A DNA stretch of 64,000 bases from the human T2T-CHM13v2.0 reference genome, Homo sapiens. Position 1 is the first letter of the stretch, and each line of letters opens with the position of its first letter. Positions 24,490 through 41,944 of the stretch are shown here, in pieces. The stretch lies in NCBI RefSeq assembly GCF_009914755.1, contig NC_060929.1. The stretch is one strand, 5' to 3'. The position numbers and the translations under genes are program-made. Under the pieces are notes generated by a model, which worked only from the letters and a program-made list of their open reading frames with translations, made no database searches and was not told the origin of the DNA.

Positions 24490-27419
24490 ACTCAACAATG
24501 ATAGACACCAAAGCATATTCATGTACTGATCACATGGGTGAACATATTTTCATACAAAGGGGTCACAGATACATACCACAAGTGCTATGCAAGTTTTGTT
24601 GGAAAAAAAAAACCTATAAGCAGAGAAATAGAGCACATGCATCATGTGAAATATAATTATTCCACCATTTAGTCTAGACATGGATGGCATATGCATCATG
24701 GCCAATGAGCCACTAGGGAGCGGTCCTGTCCATGTGGTGCTTTACATACTTACAGACTGGGAGTAATGGGAGCCCCCTGGTGAGAGAAGCAGCCTTGTTA
24801 TAAAAAAGGGGAAGCCTCCAGAACCTAGTGGCTGGCATCAGCCTGTTCTTTTGAGATAAGTTAGACCTCCTGACAGTTCTTTGCTAAGACTCCAAAAGCA
24901 GAAAGGAAATAAGGCTTTAATTTGTGTTTCATCTTCTAGTAATATGTTTTTCTATTCTTAAGGAAAAGATTTATTGACAGTTTAAAAGAATATAGTTGTT
25001 AATACCTTGAATAGACATGTTGTAGATGGAAACATTAAACTAGTAATTTCTTGTTTATCCTTCTGGGGTTGAGGTATTTCAAAGTTAAGCAAAGCTTGGA
25101 ACTGGATATTTTAGTCTCTCATTGGACATCATGAGATGCATGACTTTAGTTCTATGCAAACCACATCCTATTTCCCTATTTAAGACAATGTTTTTCACTT
25201 GTTTTCAATATGCAGAATAAATTATATATTTAGACTATGCTAAATATAATATTGAAACCTAATGTGTATAATAGTTAGAGGTACCTTTAAATAGCATAAG
25301 CAAGGATATATATTATTTAGTAAAGTCATTGTGGTCTGCCTTACCAAAGTGACTGAGAGTCAGGACCCTGGTTCCCGTTGTAGCTTTTCACCTTATTGTG
25401 TGTACCTGAATAACCCACAATAGTGCAGGTGTGACCCTCTGCAGTTTGGGAGTGACATAAAAATTTGGACTAATGTCAGTGTTTCAGAAACACTTTTTAT
25501 GTCAATTTTTCAAAGTTTTACCAGAAACTTCTAAACCTCTAAGATACTCCCTGTTCATGTCTAATCTGGCCAGCTCAGAAGAAATTCACATGGGAACCTT
25601 GCTAACCTGTCTCATACTTGTAATCTTTTAACTATTTCCTTGTCTCATTCTTCACACATCAATTCAAACACCATTCCCATCTCCTTTCTGTGTTAATTAA
25701 ACTCTGCCATCTATATATATATATATTGGTTCAGAGCATTCTTCTGATTCTACATTGTGTACAGACCTACTCAGTTGTGCAAGAAATTTGCCATTATTGT
25801 TATACATGCTGTTATGATTTTGAACTTTTATCAAGCCCGCCTTCCCAAGAACAAAACTCTAAGCTCACTGAAATCAAGGTGGCCTTTGGCAAATCAGGTG
25901 CTAAACCTTTTTCTCCTACATAATCCTCACGGTAATCCTCACATTCCTATTACATCTGTATTCAAGGGGAGTTGCTTTAAATTACTCAGGAAATTGGGGA
26001 ATTTGGTATTAGATGACTATTATCTGCTCAGGATGAGAGACAGTAAAAATTCTGTTATTACTTGCTCTCTGTCATATAGTTCACAAAACTTACAACTCCT
26101 TGCCCCACTCTGACCACAGTGTCTCTTCGTGTTTGAAATCTACCCACTCTACTCCCAGCTACTTCTGTTCTCTGTACAAGGGAACATGGAAAGCATCTGG
26201 CTGCTCTCTGCTACTGCTCTAGGAGTCATGGAAGATTATCTGAGGTTATCCAGATGCCCTCTGCCTAGACATGTTATTCAGCCTTTTATACTCTACTGTG
26301 TTTCATTGATGTGCACAAATGCAAATCCCAGAGTATATAGGAAAATGTGAATATTTTTTTCCTTTTCATATTAGATTTTCCATTTAGAATTTTATAACAT
26401 ACAGATAAGATAACACACTTTTCAATTGTCTTCTCTTGAGCTTCTTTAGCTGTAATCACTAAGTTCTTAGAATGTGGTCAACACACCTGCCTTCCACCAT
26501 CACCAGGGAGGATAGGGGAAGGACCCTTCAACACAGTGAGAAGAGCCATTCCCCTATTAGAAGGAATGTTTATTTTTTTTGTCCAGCATGGCTTGAAATT
26601 AAAGTAGGAGAGTGTAACCTTATCGCATGAGAAAGAAGCAAAAGAAGCTATTAATTGGAAGGGCCCACTGGACTGTGAAGCAATGGTCTGGAAAGTTTTA
26701 GGAGAAGATAGGCAGAGGTGCATGACAGGTGATGTAGGCTCTGCTGAGGTGTAGACAGCACTGGAAAAATGTGCGTAAATAACACCTGCTGACACACCAT
26801 CACACCATCATCACTGGGGGCTGTAGCACATAGGTAGCACTATCATAGAAACATGGCCAGGCCATGGGCCCACACACAGGTTCAACCTCACATGTCAGTG
26901 ATAAACCATTGGTAGCCAAGAGATCTGGTCTCATTCTATGTCTGACATGAGTGAAAATCACCCCAAGTCAGTATTTTGGCACTGTTCTGTTGAACCAATC
27001 TCACATAATTCTGTAATAGGAATATCTTGATGATCAGTGGGAGTGATTAATTTGCAAAGCTGCCGTCCTGGACCCATGGCCAGCCATGGGTCTTGGATGA
27101 CCTCACAGGCTTGTGTCCTGGATTTCTTCAGGATACCTGATTGACAGCACACGAACGGTGTTAAAAAGGTGCCCTAAAATAGAGAACTAGAGTATAGGTC
27201 CAATGTCTGGGCACAGCCCTCCCCATCCAGCCTATATATATGGTACTGCTGGCCTCTGCTTGTCCAAGGCATGAGAAGGGGGACTTCTGGCCAAAAAGTA
27301 TTGTGCCCAAAGCGTAGGGCCTCCCAGAACATTGGGACTTAGATACCTCTTACCCTTCAATGAAGAGTATTACACTATTTCAGCCTTTGGAAGCTAGGAA
27401 GCTCCATATAAAAGAGTTT

Positions 27420-27690
27420 AAGATACCAAATCTTAGAAAATTCTCAACAAAGTGACATGTCCCCACTGTGAAGTCCCACTAGTAAACAATGCTTCTTCTG
27501 TACATAGAACAATCAACACTGTTAAATATGAACAATCAGAGATTCAAAAATAGAGAAAATCTATTTGAAAAGACAGCAAAAACAAAAGGAAATTGGAGGA
27601 AACAGATAATGTAGAGAAAGGTGAATACTTAAAAGTCACTATACTATATTCTGTTTACTCAGAAAATACTTACAAGAAATGTTGCCAGTA
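27420..27690 (+). mobile_element. HAL1/L1M ORF1-region fragment
   Basis: aaacaaaaggaaattggaggaaacagataatg resembles HAL1. Confidence 0.45.
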
Positions 27691-27877
27691 ACATTGATTA
27701 TCTAATAATAAAAATAAGACATAGTAATAGAAGCATACTATTTTAAAATATATGAAAATATAATAGTTACATATTTTTTAATTCTGGCGAAATGGAAATG
27801 AGAAAAAAAGACACAGAGTGGAGTTGAGGGACAAGATCTCTATTGCTCTTTACAAGGTTTGTAGTATACACAGATAC

Positions 27878-28322
27878 AGTCCTCCCTAGGTATTCTCGGG
27901 GATTGGTTAAGAGGCCATCAGCGGATACTAACCTGAGAAAGCTTCAGTCCGTTATATAAAATAGCATGGTATTTTCTTATAATGTGCACATCCTGCTATA
28001 TACTTTAAATCATCTCTAGATTACACATAATAGCTAAAACAATGTAAATGTTATGCAAATAGTTGCTATATTTTTTAAATTTGTATTTTTTAATTGTTGT
28101 AGTATTTGAGTGTATGTATATCTTTTCCTGAATATATTTTTACTACATACATATACTGAAATATAAATAATATATAGTTGTATTATAATACATTATTATC
28201 AAGTACATAAAATATAATTATGTGTATATATATATACTTAAAAAATATTTTTTTTGCTGAATATCTTCAATCTGTGATTGAATCCATAGATGTGGAACCT
28301 GCAGTTACGTGGAGTTAATTAT
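27878..28322 (+). mobile_element. MER2 (TcMar-Tigger) with AT-rich insert
   Basis: ta|cagtcctccctaggtatt...ggggattgg, tatactttaaatcatctctagatta, gaatccatagatgtggaacc. Confidence 0.8.
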
Positions 28323-28389
28323 ACCCATAATATAAAATGTAAGGTAAAAGTAAGTAGTGTTTAGAGATCTATACATTGGTAACAGGTTG

Positions 28390-28555
28390 ACTTAGGATTG
28401 TTTGCTGGCTGTTTCACTTGGGCAAGTAAGGCTCCATCTTCTCTGTAAGCGATAATAGCTCATATTTCATCTGTTTATCTCAAGAATTATATAAAAATAT
28501 TAGTACATTGTCAGGCACATACTAAGTGTTCAGTAAGTGCTATTATTATTGTTAT
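28390..28555 (+). mobile_element. MIR
   Basis: cttgggcaagt...ctctgtaa...ggcacatactaagtgttcagtaagtgctattattatt. Confidence 0.65.
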
Positions 28556-31500
28556 TTGAAGTAGATTAGCAGAAGTAGTAGCGATTATAGTAGTATTAGG
28601 AAATATGATTTAAATCATTTAACATTACCTGTGTGTGAATTTTGCAAGTTGGCAAATTAAAGTCTAGTAAAAAGTGGAAGTATGGTTAATTGCCAATAAC
28701 ATTCTTTATGCCTCTTCTTTATTCGTCTTTTCTCTCAAATATATGCAGTTTGGTTAATGGCTCATAATGTTGTCTGTCTCTGCATTTCAACCCTGAGCAT
28801 TCTTTAAATTGCCACTGCCACATCTCAACTACTCCTTCAGAATTTATAAGTGGGCTGGCATCTTTAGTCCTAGGACTGTGGGGAGAAAAAAGCCGTACCA
28901 GTCTATATAGGTAACATCACTAATTTTCAACTCATATGCAACCATGTTCCCCACACCTTTTATCCTTGAGCCACATTTTTTTTGGCTAGTAGTGATTAAT
29001 TTAATTTTAAATACAAGTTTAAGCAAAAGCACGATATCGTGAGAAGCACTTGAAGTAACAAAATAGTTTCCTTTATTGCAAAGTTTATTTTAAACCCTCC
29101 CAATTATCATCTTCATTGACAATAAAATCAGGCCTTAATGCTGAGTTGCTGTTAAATTTTAATGCTACTTATGTTGTTTAATACAGTGTATAAATTGACA
29201 CTGAGTCTTTTAGTAGAACTAAGCTTTGACATTCTCTGTAACCATCTACTCAAAACTAATATTTTTAATCAATTAACCCCTCTTTACCCCCTTACTTCAT
29301 CATAGGCTATATAAAGCAGCATAGATTATTTAACATTTTATAATCTTTTTACATGAAAGTTCACTTTTAGAAAGACAAAGTCATTAGAAATATAATAAAC
29401 TTTCTGGTTTTAAAAAAGAGTTATAGGTATATAGTATTATAGCTGGAAATAACTTCTCAGCAAATTTTCTGCATTAGATTTTTCCTGTTATTCAAGTGGT
29501 GTTATTTTCATCTAACTATTCTGCATGAAGCAGAGTATTTGGAATAAGAGTCTATCCTTTTAGGAAAAAAAATTATTACTGGGAAATCATAGCAGTTCAC
29601 TGAAATCCTCGGGTGAGTTTTTACCACCATGGTGCTTGGGCACTAGCTTTTCTGTGACTTTCACCTTGAATTAAGGATGCATTGATTAAGGCTTAGCTTG
29701 TTAAGACTAGCTAGTGTTTTCTCATGGGTGCATAGCTCTCACTGCTTCCTTTGGGAATATGTAGGTGCCTGTCTCGTCTGGATTTCAGATACTGATCGAG
29801 AATCATAATTAAAGTATAGCTGCAGTTTCATGAATATTCAATCACTACATGAAAAGGATTAACTTGTGCCATAGATCAAGTATATGGAAGTTTATAAACT
29901 TCATCAGTAAGTATGATATTTTCAGGAAACAAATTCAGGTTTGAGAGAAAGGTCATTTAAAAATGTTTCTTCTGTAATTCAAATTAGTCATTTTTGTGAT
30001 AGCAAATTTCATGTCGTCCAATTTCCAGGTTTTCCCACCTGTTTTAGGTTTAAAATCCATCATAGCCTGTTCTCATCTTTTCTGCTCTATTCTTTTTCCT
30101 GGGATCGTATCTAAAGTCCAGAGTGGGCAGCACTGGGAGGTTATTATGACTTGCACAATGTTAGATCCTGGAAGTCGCCTCCAGTACTACCGTTTTATCC
30201 CCCATGATGTAATTCACCCATTGCATCGCTGTCTTTTTCTGATTATGGAATGTTGGTATCTGCTGCCAAAATGTCCATATTCCCACTTGGTCATTGGCTC
30301 TACTGTACACTTAGTGCACTGTAGCATTAAATCTCCTGGTCCTGGCTTAAGATCTGCTTTGAATAAAGCAACCTTCTGTGCTGTTCACTGCCATCTGGAG
30401 AAACCAGTGGCTGCTCACTGCAACATACTGGGTTTACATGTAGGTTCTGAAAGGCTTGGATCCTTTAGATGGAAATTCTGCCCTTTTCTGTCATATCTTG
30501 AGTTCGAGGAGAGCTCTGTTGATTGTGTGCCAGGCAAAAAGTGAGGCACAATTCATCTGACGCTTAATTTCTCACACCTATCTGGGAGTTTTAGTCCACA
30601 CTCCAGCTAACCCTGGATGTCCTGATGAATGCAGAAATTCTGATCAATGTTTAAGCCTTGTATATTCTATTCTAAGTCCACTTCCTGTCTAGCTGGTAGG
30701 AGTTTATTTTGTTTAGAGGGTGACAGTGTCAAGCAGGTTAAGGAAAAATCACCACCACCACCACCAAAGTTTGCTAATGTCTCCCTACATCAAGCAGACA
30801 CACTTTTTTGAAAGTCATGCTTATGACTAATATTCTGGGAATGTGTTAAGCTGTGATTGAGTGTTTTGATTAGAAATTGCTCCATAGACCATCATTAGGT
30901 GGAAATCATGATTTGAAAGTCAATGCATTACATTCAAATCATGTCAATATCCGAATACTCCCTTCAATCACAACCTTTAAGGACATCAAATGTCATGACA
31001 ATTGAAAGTCAGGAAAGTGAAAAGAAAGTAAGGGAGAAAGAAATGCTGGAGCCTTACACTCATATTATTTAGGCCCCAGTCTCTTCAGGTTCAATGTAAC
31101 CAACATTCACACAACCCACAAAGTCCTTCTCCTCCTCTGATCAATGCTGTCCCCCGCCCCGCCATTTACTGAGGCACACTATGCCCTTAACTCACATTAT
31201 CTGTCTTCCCTTTTTCAAAGCTTTAGCACAGTGCTTCGCATATAGAAGTTCAAAATTTTATGAATGAATTGCTGTTGATTTAATTTTTTTATATTTAAAA
31301 TAGAGTTTGCAAGTTTTAAAAACAATGAGCTTGCTCTGGAGTATTTCAAGTAAAGAACCTGGTCAGAGTTCTTTGGAAAGAAGTACAATGTGTGAAGGGT
31401 GGTATGGAGTTGAGGGGCAGGAACAAAAACACAGGTAAAGTTGAGACTAATATGGTTCACAGGTCAAGGTTAAGAGCCAAGGAGCAGGTTCAACACAGTC

Positions 31501-31589
31501 AAACTTTAAGGGGAGGATTGATAACTCCGAGGGTCTCTGTATCTGTCTAGACCTCTGAGCATGAGGAAAGGCTTGTTGGACTCTGCTGA

Positions 31590-31760
31590 GACTGTGTAGC
31601 AAGCTGATTAAGAGTATTCCAAGTGCTCATTGCGAGGTCATCCAGTCATGTATACAAATCCTCATTTACTTCTTATGACTTTGTAAACTTAAGCTACTTT
31701 ATTTTCCTGGGTTATCTTTCTATATAATAGAATACTAATAGGACTTACATTTTAGGATTA
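31590..31760 (+). mobile_element. MIR (diverged)
   Basis: Weak similarity to the MIR core and head. Confidence 0.45.
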
Positions 31761-31921
31761 ACAGTGGAGCTCTTTAGGTACATTAAAAAAACAAATTTAT
31801 TCCCTGTCTTTCTCCTAGGTTATTTTGTGGGTTCTTTGGAGATATACTGTGGGATAAGTTTCTAAATCTCTGTTAGCTGACTATGATTTCTCCCTCAATC
31901 TACTCATCTGATTGTATAGAT

Positions 31922-32145
31922 CCAGTGGATGTTTTCTAAAGCTAACGAAATTTAAGCTTAGAGACTCCCAAGGAAGTGTACAAGCCCTTTCCAAAGCCCT
32001 GTGAGGAGCCATAATAGTGTATCTACATGATGATGTTTTTTCTTAATTTTTTAAAACTAAAATATTTTTGTACTGTCTTTTCATAATGCCTCTCCCCACA
32101 ACAAATTCCATTTTATAAGTCCCAGATCATCTGGACCCGCCCTTG
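31922..32145 (+). mobile_element. MER53-like hAT fossil
   Basis: aagctaacgaaatttaagctt...cccttttccaaagccctg...ctggacccgcccttg. Confidence 0.65.
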
Positions 32146-32658
32146 TTCACAGTTTTTTTTCTGAGGTCATCTCTATCTTCAAGTCATCCCCTGAGCTCAC
32201 AATCTTGAACAACTGCAGGCTCACATTATTTTAAGAGTTCCACGTCTGGTCCATGCACCTTAAACCTGATCTGACTCTAATCCATCATTTTCCTCAAACT
32301 GTAGGGGAAGTACATAATCTTCTTTGATTATTTTCTTCTCCTCAACCCTACTCAGTTGCATTGAGCCCATGAATCAGATAATTTTGTAAGGAGTGATCTT
32401 CCCAATGCTAACCCTCACTATACTTAAACTCCTCCATAGGTAAGAGAATCAGGACTCATATTCACCATCAATTCTCTCCAAAGACATTGCATTCATGAAT
32501 TTCAACTCCTCTGAATAGCTCCAACGTTCTGTGTAGTCTGGGGGTGGGAATCACCTAACGATCACACAACAGGTTACTGGAAACTTCTTTTGCAAATCCT
32601 GCCTTTGATATGTAGCAAATCATATTGGAAAGTGAAAGGTAGTTACGTTCTTAGTACC

Positions 32659-33015
32659 TGATAAGGGTTGGCAGTGTCCCCACCCAAACCTCACCTTGAA
32701 TTGTACTATAATTCCCATGTGTTGCAGGAGGGGCCCGATGGGAGATAATTGAATCATGGAGGCAGTTTCCCCCATACTGTTCTCATGGTAGTGAATAACT
32801 CTCGTGATACCTGATAGTTCTATAAGGGAAAAACTTTTGCTTGGTTCTCCTTCTGCTGTCTCAGTCTGCTGTCTTATGAGATATGTCTTTCGCCTTCTGC
32901 CATGATTGTGAGGCCTCCCCAGCCACGTGGAACTCTAAGTCCATTAAACCTTTCTTTTGTAAATTGTCCACTGTCAGGTATTTCTTTATTAGCAGCATGA
33001 AAATGGACTAATACA
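32659..33015 (+). mobile_element. THE1B/C-like MaLR solo LTR
   Basis: TG...CA termini, THE1 body, TSD GTACC/GCACC. Confidence 0.92.
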
Positions 33016-34123
33016 GCACCCCAGATGAACTGAATGAGGACATTACAATTGTCGCAACTGTTTCACATGTATACAACTTGAGGAATACCTTGAAAATAGA
33101 ATTCAACAGATGTTAGCTATTACTGTTAGAATCCCTACAGGAACTGGCCCTGGATATAGTAATGATTCAATACCCCTGAAACAATGTCTGGATCTTTAAA
33201 ACAAATCTTTTAGGGAATTGGAGGAAAAAGACAGGAAGACTGAGAAGAGAGCTATGGCATGTAGGATATGAATTTTTAAAATATTAAAGCAACGTACCTT
33301 TCATTAAAATGAAAATACTGCAAACAGACACAGTCATTTCTAATTCTGGAATATATACTATATAATTTTTTTTAGATTAAGGAATTTTTTATTCCAAATT
33401 CCAATCACAAGTTATTTGTAGAATTTTGTTTTACTTTTTTTTTTTCTGGTAAGGATCAGCTTAATTTAATTGCACTAAACTATCATAATTTACATCTTCC
33501 CTGTAATAGACAATCAATAAAAATAAAGTGATATGAGTATATAGACACTAAATTTAATTTTCTATTCTTTCCATTTTAGGTAACATGCAAAACTATGGTG
33601 ATTATTTGCAAAAGTAATTGCATAAAATTAACTACATTTAAATTTACAGAAATATGATTTTATATAGCAAGAGAAATAGAGGAAGCCAGAATATAAAAGT
33701 AGGTAGATTAGACTGAATAAGCACTAATAATATTTATTTGAACTCCACCTCATTCTTTAGCACAATATTCTTTCACATAAAACAAAAGATGTGGGTGGGT
33801 TGTTTACTTGTTTTACATTTCATATTCTAAGGAGAAAAATATGCAACTAATTACCATACTTAGAAAAGAAAACGACTCACATGGAAAGTGAAATTTGAAA
33901 AACAATGCACATATATTTCTGCTCTAGTAGTGCAAGAAGGAACTTACACATCAATTTTTTAAAGATTTGAATTTCAAGTTCTTGAGAGTTTATAGTCTCC
34001 CTAAGTTATGTTGCCTGTTGTATATGTGAATGTTTTAAATGTTTAAAAAATACTATGAATTATTTTGACTGTTTAAATTACAGTGCACATTCTCTGTTGG
34101 TATTTTATCTGTGTTTGCCTCTC

Positions 34124-34430
34124 TTTTTTTTTTTTTACTATACTTTTAAGTTCTAGGGTACATGTGCACAATGTGCAGGTTTGTTACATATGTATACATG
34201 TGCCATGTTGGTGTGCTGCACCCATTAACTCGTCATTTACATTAGGTATATCTCCTAATGGTATCGCTCCCTCCTCCCCCCACCCCATGACAGGCCCCAG
34301 GGTGTGATGTTCCCCTCCCTGTGCTCAAGTGTTCTCATTGTTAAATTCCCACCTGTGAGTGGGAACATGCGGTGTTTGGTTTTTTGTCCTTGTGATAGTT
34401 TGCTGAGAATGATGGTTTCCAGCTTCATCC
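34124..34430 (-). mobile_element. L1PA4/5-like 3' end (about 300 bp)
   Basis: aagttctagggtacatgtgcacaatgtgcaggtttgttac...ccagcttcatcc. Confidence 0.93.
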
Positions 34431-34639
34431 ACATTTTATAATATTTAAGTAGGAGAGAGATCAGAGAACCAAGTGAAAGAAGTTTGTACTAACATAAAAA
34501 TCATAAAAATCAACCTTTAACTCAAGGGTATGAATTCTTAGAGGAAACAAAAATGATCATCAAAGCCATGATAAAAAAATATAAATAACTATAATGAATA
34601 TATTTGGGGTTTTATCAAACTTTCTTTCCTTAAAGATGC

Positions 34640-35150
34640 CACAACTCTATGAATCTTGCTTTGTCCATATGGTTTGGCTAGAGGAAATCGGAGGTCCTAA
34701 CCCATAAGAAGGCATGTGACTCGCATAGCATCAATTATACTACTCCAACTCCCTGCCTGCTGGGATTGTTTCAGGGATGGACACATGTCCCAAGCTGACT
34801 GGAATTTCCCATGTCTTTAGAGAAGCTTAAAAAATGTGTTTTTATACTTTAGAAATTTCAAGCTGTAAAGGCAAAACAATCACAAGCTGCTAGAGACCAA
34901 TGTTCCCACCATGTGGAGAAAGTCCCCTTACTGAAGCCAACACAGAGGCAAGCAGAACTTGGAGACAGAAAGAGAGCTGGAGACGGAGAAGCAGTCTAAT
35001 CACAGTTTGAGATCTCCATTCAGCAGAGTTTAAAGTTAATTATACTCTCTAAGCTTTTAATCTAATTAAATCAATTCTTTTTTTTTTTTTTTTTTTTGCT
35101 TACTTTTGTTTGAGTTGAGTTTCTTTCACTTATATCTGGAAAGGTGGACC
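34640..35150 (+). mobile_element. MLT1J/K/L-type MaLR LTR (old)
   Basis: gattgtttcagggatggacacatgt, gaagccaacacagaggcaagcaga, gagttgagtttctttcactt. Confidence 0.65.
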
Positions 35151-35673
35151 TGATTAGGGGATGATTAATTAGCGTCTAAAATTGTGTTAAGTGCTTACAG
35201 AAATTGTCGTGTTGAATTCCCACAATTCTGAGTTTTTTCAAACTGGGGAGATACAAAGAAGCAAAGTGACAACCTCAAAATATCCATAACTAATCAAAGG
35301 TGGAGCAAAGTTAGACAAGGGAAAATACACTCCCAACAATTGGATGAAATGAACAAATTATCAATGCAAATTTTTATATCTCCATTTCTATATTCTTCAG
35401 GTGATATTATATTTCCTGCATCTTAAAGTTGTCCTTTTCATGAGTGTCTTCCTTTTTCCATTTTTTTTTATTATACTTTAAGTTCTAGGGTACATGTGCA
35501 CAACGTGCAGGTTTGTTACATATGTATACATGTGCCATGTTGGCGTGCTGCACCCATTAACTCGTCATTTACATTAGGTAGCTCTCTTAATGCTATCCAT
35601 CCCTCCTCCCCCAACCCCACAACAGGCCCCAGTGTGTGATGTTCCCCACCCTGTGTCCAAGTGTTCTCGTTGT

Positions 35674-39576
<3,903 letters not shown>

Positions 39577-39639
39577 TATGATGTTAGCTGGTTATTTTGC
39601 TCGTTAATGGATGCAGTTTCTTCCTAGCATTGATGGTCT

Positions 39640-40644
39640 TTACAATTTGGCATGTTTTTTTAGTGGCTTATACCGGTTGTTCCTTTCCATGTTTAGTGCT
39701 TCCTTCAGGAGTTCTTGTAAGGCAGGCCTGGTGGTGACAAAATCTCTTAGTATTTGCTTCTCTGTAAAGTATTTTATTTCTTCTTCACTTATTGAGCTTT
39801 ATTTGGCTGGATATGAAATTCTGGGTTGAAAATTCTTTTCTTTAAGAATGCTGAATATTGGCCCCCACTCTCTTCTGGCTTGTAGAGTTTCTGCCGAGAG
39901 ATCAGCTGTTAGTCTGATGGGCTTCCCTTTGTGGGTAACCCGACCTTTCTCTCTGGCTGCCCTTAACATTTTTTCCTTCATTTCAACTTTGGCGAATCTG
40001 ACAATTATGTGTCTTGGAGTTGCTCTTCTCGAGGAGTATCTTTGTGGCATTCTCTGTATTTCCTGAATTTGAATGTTGGCCTTCCTTGCTAGGTTGGGGA
40101 AGTTCTCCTGGATAATATCCTGCAGAGTGTTTTCCAACTTGGTTCCATTCTCCCCATCACTTTCAGGTACACCAGTGTAGGTTTGGTCTTTTCACATAGT
40201 CTCGTATTTCTTGGAGGCTTTGTTCGTTCCTTTTTACTCTTTTTTTCTCTGAACTTCTCTTTTCGCTTCATTTCATTCATTTGATCTTCAATCACTGACA
40301 TCCTTTCTTCCAGTTGATCGAATTGGCTACTGAAGCTTGTGCATTCGTCACATAGTTCTCTTGCCTTGGTTTTCAGCTCCATCAAGTCATTTAAGGACTT
40401 CTCTACACTGGTTATTCTAGTTAGCCATTCCTCTAATCTTTTCTCACGGTTTTTAGCTTCTTTGCGACGGGTTCGAAAATTGTCAGGTTTGTTATTACCA
40501 GTCGTCTGAAGCCTTCTCTGAACTCGTCAGAGTCATTCTCTATCCAGCTTTGTTCCATTGTTGATAGGAGCTGCATTCCTTTGGAGGAGAAGTGGCACTC
40601 TGATTTTTAGAATTTTCAGCTTTTCTGCTCTGGTTTCTCCCCAT
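39640..40644 (-). pseudogene. L1 ORF1, frameshifted
   Basis: ENTLQDIIQENFPNLAR...RPRHIIVRF-type translation (ATPRHIIVRF); ATG at 40644, TAA at 39640. Confidence 0.93.
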
Positions 40645-41212
40645 CTTTGTGGTTTTATCTACCTTTGGTCTTTGATGGTGATGTACAGATGGGGTTTTGG
40701 TATGGGTGTCCTTTCTGTTTGTTAGTTTTCCTTCTAACAGTCAGGACCCTCAGCTGCAGGTCTGTTGGAGTTTGCTAGAGGTCTACTCCAGACCCTGTTT
40801 GCCTGGGTATCACCAGAAGAGGCTGTAGAACAGCAAATGTTGCAGAAAGGCAAATGTTGCTGTCTGATTCTTCTTCTGGAAGCTTCATCTCCGAGGGGCA
40901 CTCGGCTGTATGAGGTGTCAGTAGGCCCCTACTGGGAGGTGTCTCCCAGTTAGGCTACTCGGGGGTCAGGGACCAACTTGAGGAGGCAGTCTGACCATTC
41001 TCAGATCTCAAACTCCATGCTGGGAGAAGCACTGCTCTCTTCAAAGCTGTCAGACTGGGACGTTTAAGTCTGCAGAAGTTTCTGCTGCCTTTTCTGCTAG
41101 GCCCTGCCCGCAGAGGTGGAGTCTACAGAGGCAGGCAGGCCTCCTTGAGCTGCGGTAGGCTCCACCCAGTTCAAGCTCCCCGCTGCTTTGTTTACCTAGT
41201 CAAGCCTCAGCA

Positions 41213-41470
41213 GTGGCCGAAGCCCCTCCCCCAGCCCTGCTGCCACCTTGCAGTTCGATCTCACTGCTGTGCTAGCAGTGAGTGAGGCTCTGTGGGCGTG
41301 GGACCCTCTGAGCCAGGCATGGGATATAATCTCTTGGTGTGCCTTTTGCTAAGGCCATTGGAAGAGTGCAGTATTACAGTGGGATTGTCCCTATTTTCCA
41401 GGTACCATCTGTCACGGCTTCCCTTTGCTAGGAAAGGGAATTCCCTGACCCCTTGTGCTTCCCAGGTGAG
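41213..41470 (+). pseudogene. L1 antisense ORF0 relic
   Basis: GVGPSEPG...FSR matches primate L1 ORF0; start is GTG, 2-bp deletion near 41260; donors at 41402 and 41466. Confidence 0.7.
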
Positions 41471-41616
41471 ACAATGCCCCGCCCTGCTCCATGGGCTGCA
41501 CCCACTGTCCGACAAGCTCCAGCGAGATGAACCCAGTACCTCAGTTGGAAATGCAGAAATCACCCGTCTTTTGTGTTGCTCACCTGGGAGCTGCAGACTG
41601 GAGCTGTTCCTATTCA

Positions 41617-41625
41617 GCCATCTTG
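41617..41625 (-). promoter_or_regulatory. YY1 site of the L1 5'UTR promoter
   Basis: CAAGATGGC on the minus strand at the L1 5' end. Confidence 0.75.
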
Positions 41626-41944
41626 GAATCTCTCCCTTTTTCCATTTTTAATTGGTGGGAATCGCCATTATCTGTTTACAGTAAAATCCCTGGAACATTT
41701 TTACCACTCCTCCGTCTCTTCAATGTCCGGCCAATTAGTGGTGAATAAAAGGATCTAGAAAAACACTTAAAAATATCTTAGATTTCACTCAACTGTTACA
41801 CATTTGATGCATTCATGTTTTCTCAAAATATTTTTGTGTCAGTGTAATAATTTTATATAAATGGAAAAACGGTGTGTTTTCTGCTTTGTGCTATTCTTTA
41901 TCCAAGTGATTATAACGTGTAGTTGGTAATGTTTACTTTAAATT

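Noticed and set aside
26470-27400. GC-richer segment considered as a processed pseudogene
   Set aside because: No recognisable protein in the frames examined and no poly-A or TSD; more likely the old HAL1/L1M 5' region or unique DNA
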